From: a virus
Reading direction: 5' to 3' (one strand)
DNA: 64,000 nucleotides
IMG/VR virus record: IMGVR_UViG_3300035396_000367
Span: 1 to 64,000 of that record
In this document: piece after piece, positions 8,318 through 16,335 of the stretch
Numbering within the stretch: the first letter of the stretch is position 1
Layout: the number at the start of each line of letters is the position of its first letter
Notes under the pieces: model-generated
What the model was told of the DNA's origin: nothing
Databases searched by the model: none
The model's input: only the letters and a program-made list of their open reading frames with translations
Made by a program: the position numbers and the translations under genes

Positions 8318-9790
8318 TTATGCTCCGTAAATGTGTAAACTCACTCCGAGACTTCTCGCTTTTTCCAAAGCCTCATCTGCGTACTTTAGTAGGAATGAGT
8401 ATGTATTTCCGTGAAGTGTGTGTATTGAAACACCTACTGACATACGCAACGACTCCTCTAAACCAAACGGCTTTACTACTGTATTAAACTGAGCCTGCAT
8501 TTTAGCAAATTTGTAGTTTATCTCATCAACAGTTTGAAGCCTATCAACACACACGATAAATTCGTTACCGGCAAGACGACCCACACAGTCTGTTGGATCA
8601 AAAAAACCTTTTAAGAAATCCCCAATTAGTCTGAAAAATCTATCACCGTAGTCGTAACCAAATTTATCATTGATAAGTTTTAAATTATCAATGTGGACAA
8701 CACCGACAATGAATAACTCACCTAGACGAACTTTTTTCTTAATGAAACTTTCAAAGTACTTACGTGTAAACGTGTTGCTTACAGGATCTAAGTCTTTCTT
8801 TTCCAGGTTAGCTTTTATTTTAACATCCTCTGTTATATCTTGAGAGGTCATAAGTATATTTATTACTACCCCATCTGCATTTAGAATAGGTGTGTGCGTT
8901 CTCTCATACATAGATGTTTCGTCGTTTGCAAATGTTATTTTCTCAACCATAGTATCAGTTTCTTTTTTCGCTATTGCACGCTCAATTGAAGCTGTACGTA
9001 ACTTTGCTATCTCCATATCCAGACGCTGGTCCCGGCAGTAATCGAAGTCATTCTTGTCCTGCATATAATTCATAAGTTCTTTACCAGGGAAACAGTGTAT
9101 GTTTGCTTTCGTGTACTTGAAAGTATTTACGTCCAACACAGCTAGTTGATACGGACTGTACGTAAAAATGCTACTCATTAGGTTCTCGCTATAAACAACT
9201 TTCGCGTTGTACTCACTCAGCTGCAGTGCCTGCCTCTCATTCTCAGTAACAGTCTTATACATACTGTCAGATATCGAAATCCTGATACGAAGAAGAATAC
9301 CGGTTAGAAAAAGGAATACAGAAAGTATTATTGCGAATGGCAATGCTTTTAGTATTTCAAAATCATACTTTACGTAAAAACCAAATGCTATGGCAAGCAT
9401 ACTGTATATTGAGTATGTTATGTAAACACGCATTGCGGATAGGGAGAACGTACAGTATAGAACTGAGATACTTATTAAAAATATACTTGCTTCACTCGGA
9501 TAGTCCATCGCTACAACAGTTGAAAACGATAACCAAGTTGAAATAATGAACATTAGTACAACGTTAACATGCCCTGCAATATTAACCCCTACTGATTTAA
9601 AACGAAGTATCAAAAAATAAATAACTACAAAAATACTGATAACTACCATTTTAACCGGAATAAGATCTATGTTCGCACCTGTTAAGAAAAGAAAAATGTT
9701 TGGAACAATAGTTAGTATCAGAAACATTAGAATCGACGTTTTATGATACGCCGAGTAGAAACCTGTGTGGAAAGACTCTTTTAAATTCAT
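8318..9790 (-). CDS. Membrane sensor with about 6 TM helices, a PAS/PAC domain and a degenerate GGDEF domain (AGNEF)
   Basis: Six hydrophobic segments; PAC-like motif THTPILNADGVVINILMTSQDITE; GGDEF-domain signature DPVSNTFTRKYF...HIDNLKLINDKFGYDYGD...GRLAGNEF...SVGVS...LLKYADEAL. Start probably ATG 9790 (ATGA overlap with the upstream small ORF); the ORF track starts at 9799. Confidence 0.9.
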   Translation of the reverse strand: MNLKESFHTGFYSAYHKTSILMFLILTIVPNIFLFLTGANIDLIPVKMVVISIFVVIYFLILRFKSVGVNIAGHVNVVLMFIISTWLSFSTVVAMDYPSEASIFLISISVLYCTFSLSAMRVYITYSIYSMLAIAFGFYVKYDFEILKALPFAIILSVFLFLTGILLRIRISISDSMYKTVTENERQALQLSEYNAKVVYSENLMSSIFTYSPYQLAVLDVNTFKYTKANIHCFPGKELMNYMQDKNDFDYCRDQRLDMEIAKLRTASIERAIAKKETDTMVEKITFANDETSMYERTHTPILNADGVVINILMTSQDITEDVKIKANLEKKDLDPVSNTFTRKYFESFIKKKVRLGELFIVGVVHIDNLKLINDKFGYDYGDRFFRLIGDFLKGFFDPTDCVGRLAGNEFIVCVDRLQTVDEINYKFAKMQAQFNTVVKPFGLEESLRMSVGVSIHTLHGNTYSFLLKYADEALEKARSLGVSLHIYGA

Positions 9791-9945
9791 TTTCCGCAAT
9801 ACAATGTTTCTATAATTTTATCCACAATATAAAAAACTGGAAACAATATTCTGAATACTATAATCATCCTAATTCTTCGCCAATATATTGCTACAACAAC
9901 GCTAAGTGAAACGTAAATCAAAAATATTAAAAATGCTGTTCTCAC
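9787..9945 (-). CDS. Unannotated 52-aa hydrophobic membrane protein
   Basis: GTG at 9945 overlaps the receiver-gene stop (GTGA), and its TGA overlaps the GGDEF gene ATG (ATGA). Translation MRTAFLIFLIYVSLSVVVAIYWRRIRMIIVFRILFPVFYIVDKIIETLYCGK*. Confidence 0.7.
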   Translation of the reverse strand: MRTAFLIFLIYVSLSVVVAIYWRRIRMIIVFRILFPVFYIVDKIIETLYCGK

Positions 9946-10394
9946 GCTAACGCCCTTCGGATCTGCTTGGTTATTGATGCTTCTATGAATTTAACTATCG
10001 AGTTAGCTTTATCACCTTTGGAGATGTACCTTACTTTACTCTTTAAAGAATATTCCCCAATCACCATGTTGTCATCCGTCATACCTGTAAATATTGTAAT
10101 GTCCCCACCGCCTGAGAATATTGCAGTCTCTGATGAACGACTACCTGACTCACTTAGTTTGTCAATCACTGCACTCCCTTTTCCATCCGGCAAGTTCCAG
10201 TCAATTATACATACGTCGTACTTTTCCTTGCGGCGTTGTAGGAATGAATTGACATCCTCGAATCTGTCGATTGAGTATTCAATAGAGTCTTTATACGTAA
10301 CCATTCTCTCATCTATCAGCATCTCAAGTACATCGAGAATAGATAGCGAGTCATCGACAAGTAAAAAATGTAATGTTTTTTTAATTTTTTTCAT
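9942..10394 (-). CDS. Single-domain response regulator (REC, CheY-like)
   Basis: FLLVDD acidic pocket, YDVCIIDWNLPDGKG (phosphoacceptor Asp), IFTG (conserved Thr), YISKG (conserved Lys); no output domain. Confidence 0.88.
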   Translation of the reverse strand: MKKIKKTLHFLLVDDSLSILDVLEMLIDERMVTYKDSIEYSIDRFEDVNSFLQRRKEKYDVCIIDWNLPDGKGSAVIDKLSESGSRSSETAIFSGGGDITIFTGMTDDNMVIGEYSLKSKVRYISKGDKANSIVKFIEASITKQIRRALA

Positions 10395-11046
10395 TTTGTT
10401 GAGTTTGATACCAGTAGTCTGTGAGTCGAACTAACACTAATTCAATCTTGATCTTCTTCTGCTCGTAATCAAGCGTAGAGTAAAGAATGTCAAGTATTGT
10501 ATCAAGATACTTGAATTTCTTATCTTCGAAACAGGCAAGCTTTCTTTCAGTTGATATTATTTTTCCAGTAGTGTTAGGGAGTTGAAAAAAGTGTCTATCA
10601 ACGTTGCTTATAACTGTGTGGTAAATTTCACGCAAGTCGTGTGCCGTTCCGGTAGGACTGGTATTATTTTTTACTGCATCAAGAAATTTAAAAGTTAACT
10701 CTCGCTGCACGTACATTAGTGTTAGCTTTATTGCAACATCCACTTGGCTATTTGTAAGATAACTCTCTTGCTTCTCATCTAAAATCTTTAGCATTGTGAT
10801 AATGTTTAGAGTTGTATCGTCGATGTTACTGACGTGGTGACTAACAAGTTCCTTTATCTCAACTATGTGGCTAACGTACTTCTCCATAGCCGGGTCTTTT
10901 ATTACACCTACTGATTTAAGTATGCTAATAACAAGTGGTACGAGCTCTCGCATCATTGCAATAACTACAACAGTTACGACAACAAAAACTACTAATGAAG
11001 GGTTTGTGTACCCCAATTGTTCTAATACTTTAAATAGATCACTCAT
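10381..11046 (-). CDS. Single-pass membrane protein with a large soluble domain (holin/antiholin-like candidate)
   Basis: 221 aa. One N-terminal TM (SLVVFVVVTVVVIAMM), then a helical soluble region. ATGA overlap upstream and 14-nt overlap with the REC gene. Confidence 0.6.
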   Translation of the reverse strand: MSDLFKVLEQLGYTNPSLVVFVVVTVVVIAMMRELVPLVISILKSVGVIKDPAMEKYVSHIVEIKELVSHHVSNIDDTTLNIITMLKILDEKQESYLTNSQVDVAIKLTLMYVQRELTFKFLDAVKNNTSPTGTAHDLREIYHTVISNVDRHFFQLPNTTGKIISTERKLACFEDKKFKYLDTILDILYSTLDYEQKKIKIELVLVRLTDYWYQTQQNEKN

Positions 11047-11441
11047 TGTTTCTTTTTCCTCATCTTAGTTTTTTGATCAACGTCTTTATCTTCGAACCCT
11101 CTTTTGTCTAAGAATGAGTCAAATCTATCGAAAAGATTAAATCCTATAAGCACATAAAGTACAATCACCAATGCACTATATTGACTAACCTGAAAAATAA
11201 GCACAGCAGGAGACGAAACGTCAGTCCTGTAAGCAGACAAATACAAATATGAAAAACAGATTGCTGATATTGTCGCTATCGTATTTTTCACTTTAAAACT
11301 CTTTACTATCTCAAGCATCCTTCCAGGTACGTATACGAATGCCATCGTTATAATAAATATACCGAAACACACAGCAAGGTAACTCAGAACTCCCTCTGAT
11401 GATAAAAACTGAACTATTAAACCTTCACTTGTCTTTTCCAT
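11043..11441 (-). CDS. Holin-like membrane protein (3 TM)
   Basis: 132 aa, three hydrophobic segments and a highly charged C-terminus (DKRGFEDKDVDQKTKMRKKKQ). This is class I holin-like architecture, in a cluster ending with the endolysin. Confidence 0.55.
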   Translation of the reverse strand: MEKTSEGLIVQFLSSEGVLSYLAVCFGIFIITMAFVYVPGRMLEIVKSFKVKNTIATISAICFSYLYLSAYRTDVSSPAVLIFQVSQYSALVIVLYVLIGFNLFDRFDSFLDKRGFEDKDVDQKTKMRKKKQ

Positions 11442-11442
11442 T

Positions 11443-11748
11443 TCACGCGCCCTCGCTATTCTTCTTCTCAGTAACCAGCCCTATGTTCGAGTATGCTGCA
11501 GGCCCGCCCCACAGTATCGAAATAAGTGGAGCCCATACTAGAATACCACTAACTATAATGTCTATTTTAAAAACAGACACTACCATAAGGTACACAGTCA
11601 GAATATACGCCATAATTCGCATACCATTTACGATCTTCCACTTACGGGATGCTTTCCTGTTAAGCTGTTCGAACTCAAAATCCTCTACCGGAGTCTTTTC
11701 TTCGTTTGCGTGAATCTCAACTATCCGCTTTTCCCGATCTGTAAGCAT
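11443..11748 (-). CDS. Holin-like membrane protein (2 TM)
   Basis: Two TM segments (IMAYILTVYLMVVSVF; IIVSGILVWAPLISILWGG) after SRKW. Start placed at ATG 11748 (SD AGGAG); the ORF track starts at TTG 11793. Confidence 0.55.
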   Translation of the reverse strand: MLTDREKRIVEIHANEEKTPVEDFEFEQLNRKASRKWKIVNGMRIMAYILTVYLMVVSVFKIDIIVSGILVWAPLISILWGGPAAYSNIGLVTEKKNSEGA

Positions 11749-11764
11749 TTTGAACTCCTGTAGT

Positions 11765-11793
11765 ATTTTACTACAATTAACCGTTTTTTTCAA
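11765..11793 (-). promoter_or_regulatory. Sigma70-like promoter for the holin/REC/GGDEF operon
   Basis: TTGAAA (11788-11793), 17-nt spacer, TAAAAT (11765-11770), immediately upstream of the SD of the gene starting at 11748. Confidence 0.55.
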
Positions 11794-11818
11794 TACAATA
11801 GCAATCTATTTACCATTT

Positions 11819-14698
11819 TTATTCTACAAACCTATCACTAAAATCAGTTTTATCGTAATCCCATATCTTTAGATACTCCACGGTTGTATTCCCACCGTAA
11901 TTTCCACTTCCAGTCCACCCTGCAAATGTTAGATTAAAATCTAAAGCAGATATACCTGTTAGGTTAATTGAAGCATTTGAATCAGCGTAAATAACAACAC
12001 CATCTCTATAATACCTTACTTTGTCTGTAGTGTTACCTATCCCACTACTGGAGTAGACAAAAGCAAAATGGTATAGTGTATTAGCTACAAAAGGATTACC
12101 ATAGTGTGCCCCTTCAGAGAATTCGTATACTAAGTCTCCTGCCGTATTCCTATGCATTTTATTTAGAACACCTGTTTCACCCGTATTGGCATTGAATGAA
12201 ACTTCCCAACCCCTAGCGTAATCATAAATGTCCCCTGGAGTACCTATTATAAAAATTGCCCTATTGCTTGTACCATCCCATTTCATCCAAAATTCAATAG
12301 TAAATTCAGAGCAGTTATTTCCAACTAAGCTTGTAAAATTAGTGTATTCTACCCTGTGTGTTGTTAAGTTCGGCTTGTAACCATTCCCGAATTTACAAGG
12401 TGAGGAGCCTAGTGAAACGTCACCATAGCTTACATATCCTTTCCCCACCTCACTCTGTGGCTTACTAACGTCCATTTTATTAAATAACACTAGCCCTGGG
12501 TACGCAATACCTGCATCCAATTCTGTGTTAGCATAATTCCATATTTTGAAACTACCTATGTAACCGTTAAAAGGTGATGTATTACTTGCAGAAATTCCTA
12601 TAAAAAATCTATGCGTAAGTATTGTGTTTGTTATATTATTTACTGAAGATGCAATCTGCGTTGCTCCGTTGTATACGCGTATTCTATCTGAACCTCCCGC
12701 TATCCCATTATAATTAACCACTACCTTTAGTGTACTGAAAGCAGATGTACTTAGAGAAATTGCTGTCGATATTTCATTAGCACCCCATTTAAAGTATAGT
12801 GTAGAACCATTTATGTACATGTAATAGTTTGCATTCACAGTTCCATTTTGTGTAATCCCAAATAGATAAGCAGCTGCCGCAGTAGGAAATACTACCGGTT
12901 TTATCTTCATCTGTATTGAAAACGCATTCCCTAAACACACATTCGGATATGTTACGTAGTTACCCACAGTGTTAATAAGTGCTGACACTCCATCAAAAGT
13001 TGGGCTACCAGTAACCATCCCGGTAGGTCCAACAGTAGGATTGTTAACTTCTAGTGCACTTCCCATACCGCTATCCAAAAGTAGACCACCTGTAGGCTGT
13101 ACGTATCCGTCGGTAGATGTGCACGAGCTACTCGCTATTAAATTTTGACTAGATAAAGTCGCAGCCGTAAGATACTTTAGCATATCCAGCTTCAAGTAAC
13201 CTGCGGATGTTAACACAACTGCTCTGTTTATTCGAAACGAATACTGTATGCTAGGCGTATCCTCTTCAAAGACTAACTGCAAAGAAGAAATGCTTTTTCC
13301 AACAGCACCTGCTGTGAATGGTATTCTAAATCTATACCAAGTGTTTTTTGCTGTTGGAGAAAGTGTTATAGCATGAAGAGGTTGCGTAGTGGATTGAACG
13401 ACCATAGACAAGTTCCTTGCAACTGTTCCGTCAGAAAATGTGATGTCTACGCCCCCCTGGTATACTTGAACAGAGTCTGTTAGTGACATTAAACTCACTT
13501 CCAATACATCCCCTGTTGCGACTGTTAGTGCCATCCCGCTTGCGATTGTGTAGTACGCGTAGTGATTACCCGCAGAAGCATTATTTGTGGCTGTTAACTG
13601 TATATACCTGTTGAACGATGGTCCGCCATATTTTAACTGCATCGCTGTAGGATCGTTCTGTTCAAGTAAAACTGCTGCTACCGCTGCGTTGCTCTGATCT
13701 TCGTTCATTGCTATGAAATTGCTATACCACCCACCAAAAGATTGATAGTTAGAACTGTAGGAACTTGAGTTTGGTTGAGCACCAAGAGTCTGTGACCCGC
13801 CAATTTTGTCCGTCCTAGTCCACGTATTCGTAAAATAGTCTGTGTATGTTTGACCATTTCCGGTATAGTATACTGTAAGTATAGCTGTTTTCAATGGGCT
13901 ACCTGTTCCTGGTATCCCGTCCTTATTCCAAGAAAAAGTTACCTTATACGAACCTAGAGCTGTCGGTCCGTACGGTGCGTTTGTTCGTAAAAAAGCTGCA
14001 CCTCCGTTTGCACTTGTCCACCCTGTGAACAACCCAGCACCTGTTATACCAGTTCTATACCCTAGCCCAGCATACGGACCATACGTTAAATTTGGTGTAG
14101 AAATGTACCAATACCCTTTGTAACCATCCGGAGCGAAGTCGAAACCGTAGTTCCCATTCGTGAAATGATTATCCGCAGTAGCACATGTATTTGACAAATG
14201 CCAAAGCCAGTTGGTCGCTAGTTGGTTTGGTGTTACCCAGAAACTTATCGTACCTTTTGCAAGTGACATTTTTCTGTTCATTAGCATGTGAAATATATGG
14301 TTAGAACCTGATCCACCGCTGCTGTCAGGGTATATTCGCAATGAGTCGTATGTTTTTGGAAGTGGGCTGTCCGGCCTCTCTATAGCTGTAACAACGTCTA
14401 GCGACATATCGTCATTCGAGTTTGAACCAAGCGCACCAGCATAATATGTTTTAATAATACTATTAGGATCACCTACAGTCGGCGATGCAAATGATTGGGA
14501 CCGAGGGAAATGAGTTAACTCGTTCCCTTTGCAATAAAAAACTACTTCAGGTGGCAACGAAACTTCAGATACTTTTTCTATACCGTTCTCTGTTTGTTTC
14601 CACTCCTCTTTAACTTTCGTTAAAGATACTTCATCCTGTACCCACTTTTCACGTACATCTTGAATACTGCTTATACCTCGAACAACCGTCTTACCCAT
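11819..14698 (-). CDS. Virion fibre/adhesin with about 3 LamG (concanavalin A-like) domains
   Basis: 959 aa, rich in G/S/T/N. Repeated LamG signatures GTISFWVTP, FSIQMKIKP...FNGYIGSFKIWN and FTIEFWMKW...YHFAFVY...YLKIWD. Confidence 0.75.
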   Translation of the reverse strand: MGKTVVRGISSIQDVREKWVQDEVSLTKVKEEWKQTENGIEKVSEVSLPPEVVFYCKGNELTHFPRSQSFASPTVGDPNSIIKTYYAGALGSNSNDDMSLDVVTAIERPDSPLPKTYDSLRIYPDSSGGSGSNHIFHMLMNRKMSLAKGTISFWVTPNQLATNWLWHLSNTCATADNHFTNGNYGFDFAPDGYKGYWYISTPNLTYGPYAGLGYRTGITGAGLFTGWTSANGGAAFLRTNAPYGPTALGSYKVTFSWNKDGIPGTGSPLKTAILTVYYTGNGQTYTDYFTNTWTRTDKIGGSQTLGAQPNSSSYSSNYQSFGGWYSNFIAMNEDQSNAAVAAVLLEQNDPTAMQLKYGGPSFNRYIQLTATNNASAGNHYAYYTIASGMALTVATGDVLEVSLMSLTDSVQVYQGGVDITFSDGTVARNLSMVVQSTTQPLHAITLSPTAKNTWYRFRIPFTAGAVGKSISSLQLVFEEDTPSIQYSFRINRAVVLTSAGYLKLDMLKYLTAATLSSQNLIASSSCTSTDGYVQPTGGLLLDSGMGSALEVNNPTVGPTGMVTGSPTFDGVSALINTVGNYVTYPNVCLGNAFSIQMKIKPVVFPTAAAAYLFGITQNGTVNANYYMYINGSTLYFKWGANEISTAISLSTSAFSTLKVVVNYNGIAGGSDRIRVYNGATQIASSVNNITNTILTHRFFIGISASNTSPFNGYIGSFKIWNYANTELDAGIAYPGLVLFNKMDVSKPQSEVGKGYVSYGDVSLGSSPCKFGNGYKPNLTTHRVEYTNFTSLVGNNCSEFTIEFWMKWDGTSNRAIFIIGTPGDIYDYARGWEVSFNANTGETGVLNKMHRNTAGDLVYEFSEGAHYGNPFVANTLYHFAFVYSSSGIGNTTDKVRYYRDGVVIYADSNASINLTGISALDFNLTFAGWTGSGNYGGNTTVEYLKIWDYDKTDFSDRFVE

Positions 14699-14701
14699 AG
14701 T

Positions 14702-15343
14702 TTAAACCACCACTACATTTAGTAATGAGTCCGCTGGCCAACCACTTCTAATTGTTCCGTTGACAGTCTTCAGCTCCTGGATTGTTTGTGCAGCCTCTAT
14801 AACCAGTGTCTTAGCGTACTCTATTTGAAAACAGGAGTGTACAAAAATGTTAGCTGCCCTACACACCGTACCCATATCTTCCTGAGACATATGTACCCAA
14901 GAATTATCAAAAAGTTTGAACATCTCTGCTACATACAATCCGCTTACTATTGCTAGATACTTTGCAGTTAACGTACTTCTTGACTCTCCATCCACATCGA
15001 TCTTCACTTTTGACAAGTCAGCTAATGTAACTTCAATTCCCGATGCTTCGTACTCCTTTCTCGTTACCTTTAAGCTTTCTAGTACTTCTCTCTTTACATC
15101 AGCTAATGACCTTTCCAATACGCTGTATGTTGCAACAACAGTCTTATTCAACGCATCAATCTCCCAAAGGTCTAGCGGGTTAACCTGAAGCTGTTGGTAG
15201 AACTGGTCCACTGCTACACCGGAATGCACAACAGGGTATATACCTATTTTTGTAAAATCAAAAGGTGAACCATCGAAACTCTTCTTTGCAGGTAACGAGA
15301 GTAGCGTTCTTACCACTACGTTGTTTTTTACTTCTGCGTACAT
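14702..15343 (-). CDS. Tail fibre assembly-type protein (DUF4376-like)
   Basis: SLADVKREVLESLKVTRKEYEASGIEV...DGESRSTL...FKLFDNSWVHMSQEDM...HSCFQIE matches the DUF4376 pattern; adjacent to fibre genes. Confidence 0.7.
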   Translation of the reverse strand: MYAEVKNNVVVRTLLSLPAKKSFDGSPFDFTKIGIYPVVHSGVAVDQFYQQLQVNPLDLWEIDALNKTVVATYSVLERSLADVKREVLESLKVTRKEYEASGIEVTLADLSKVKIDVDGESRSTLTAKYLAIVSGLYVAEMFKLFDNSWVHMSQEDMGTVCRAANIFVHSCFQIEYAKTLVIEAAQTIQELKTVNGTIRSGWPADSLLNVVVV

Positions 15344-15352
15344 AACTTACCC

Positions 15353-15787
15353 TCACTCAGCTTTATTTAGATAATACGCGTGTATTATATCTTCAGTACC
15401 CGGTGCTACCATATCTTTCCATTCTTCGTTTCCGGCATTTAAAGAATTTCTAATCGATGTAGCAGATATGTGTTCAAATCCTGAACCTTTAATTTCTTCA
15501 ATCTTGTACCCTACGTCACGCCCGTAGTATATACCCTCTACATCAGGTACTACCATTGCTGTACCGTGTATCCCTTCTTTCTTCATCCATAGCCCGATCA
15601 TTTCAACTCGTACACTGGCTGGAAACAATTCAGATGTGTCTCTCACAAGTATTAAAACAGGCAAACCCTTCTGAGTCTGCATAGACTGGATTATCCCTGA
15701 GTGTCCTTTATGGAACGGAACATACCTGCCAAGAAACATTATATGTTTCCCTTTAGCTTGTTCTTCTGTTGAATAATTCTTAAACAT
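15353..15787 (-). CDS. HxGH-family nucleotidyltransferase (cytidylyltransferase-like); candidate minimal ATP sulfurylase
   Basis: FLGRYVPFHKGH (HIGH motif), IYYGRDVG, ISATSIR. Start placed at ATG 15787 (GGAG 7 nt upstream; 8-nt overlap with cysC); the ORF track starts at 15832. Confidence 0.8.
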   Translation of the reverse strand: MFKNYSTEEQAKGKHIMFLGRYVPFHKGHSGIIQSMQTQKGLPVLILVRDTSELFPASVRVEMIGLWMKKEGIHGTAMVVPDVEGIYYGRDVGYKIEEIKGSGFEHISATSIRNSLNAGNEEWKDMVAPGTEDIIHAYYLNKAE

Positions 15788-16286
15788 GGATACACTCCAA
15801 TATGTATTTTTTAAACTTTTCGTAGGATACATCCACAGTCTCTACACCTGTGTCTACAGTTAAATCTGGATTAAGCGGAGTTTCGAAAGGTGAGTCTAAA
15901 CCTGTGAAGTTTTTAATCTCACCTGCCAAAGCTTTTTTATACAAACCTTTTGTATCCCTACCTGCACACACTTCAAAATTAGCTGCAACATGTACTACAC
16001 GGCAGTTTTGTATAATTGACTTAGCCAATTCTCTAGATGCATGAAATGGAGATATAAATGCAGTAATAACATTCATCCCGTTATCATTAAACAGTTTACA
16101 AACTTCCGCAATTCGTCTCAAGTTCTCTGTACGGTCAGCTTCACTAAAACCTAAGTTGTTACAAAGTCCTTTACGTATTTCATCACCATCCAGAACAACT
16201 ATATTTTTTATCTCTGACTTTAGCATATTCGCTAAAGTAGATTTACCGCTACCTGACAATCCGGTAAGCCAAAAAGTGTGTGACAT
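15780..16286 (-). CDS. cysC: Adenylylsulfate (APS) kinase
   Basis: FWLTGLSGSGKSTLA, LDGDEIRKGLCNNLGFSEADRTENLRRIAEV, AFISPF, RDTKGLYKKALAGEIKNFTGLDSPFETP. Confidence 0.96.
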   Translation of the reverse strand: MSHTFWLTGLSGSGKSTLANMLKSEIKNIVVLDGDEIRKGLCNNLGFSEADRTENLRRIAEVCKLFNDNGMNVITAFISPFHASRELAKSIIQNCRVVHVAANFEVCAGRDTKGLYKKALAGEIKNFTGLDSPFETPLNPDLTVDTGVETVDVSYEKFKKYILECIHV

Positions 16287-16296
16287 TCGTATCTCC

Positions 16297-16335
16297 TACT
16301 TTATAAAGTATACCATCTAACTTTATAATTTCCAA
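16297..16335 (-). promoter_or_regulatory. Sigma70-like promoter for cysC with an overlapping 14-bp palindrome
   Basis: TTGGAA (16330-16335), 17-nt spacer, extended -10 TGgTATACT (16307-16315). Perfect palindrome TACTTTATAAAGTA at 16297-16310. Confidence 0.45.

Noticed and set aside
9818-9826. Perfect DnaA box TTATCCACA
   Set aside because: It is a single copy and lies inside the 52-aa ORF (codons ATT GTG GAT AAA). No box cluster is visible, so it is probably chance.
6899-11793. Spanin (Rz/Rz1) genes in the lysis cassette
   Set aside because: No lipobox-containing ORF was recognised. The 221-aa single-TM protein could be an i-spanin, but no o-spanin partner is evident.
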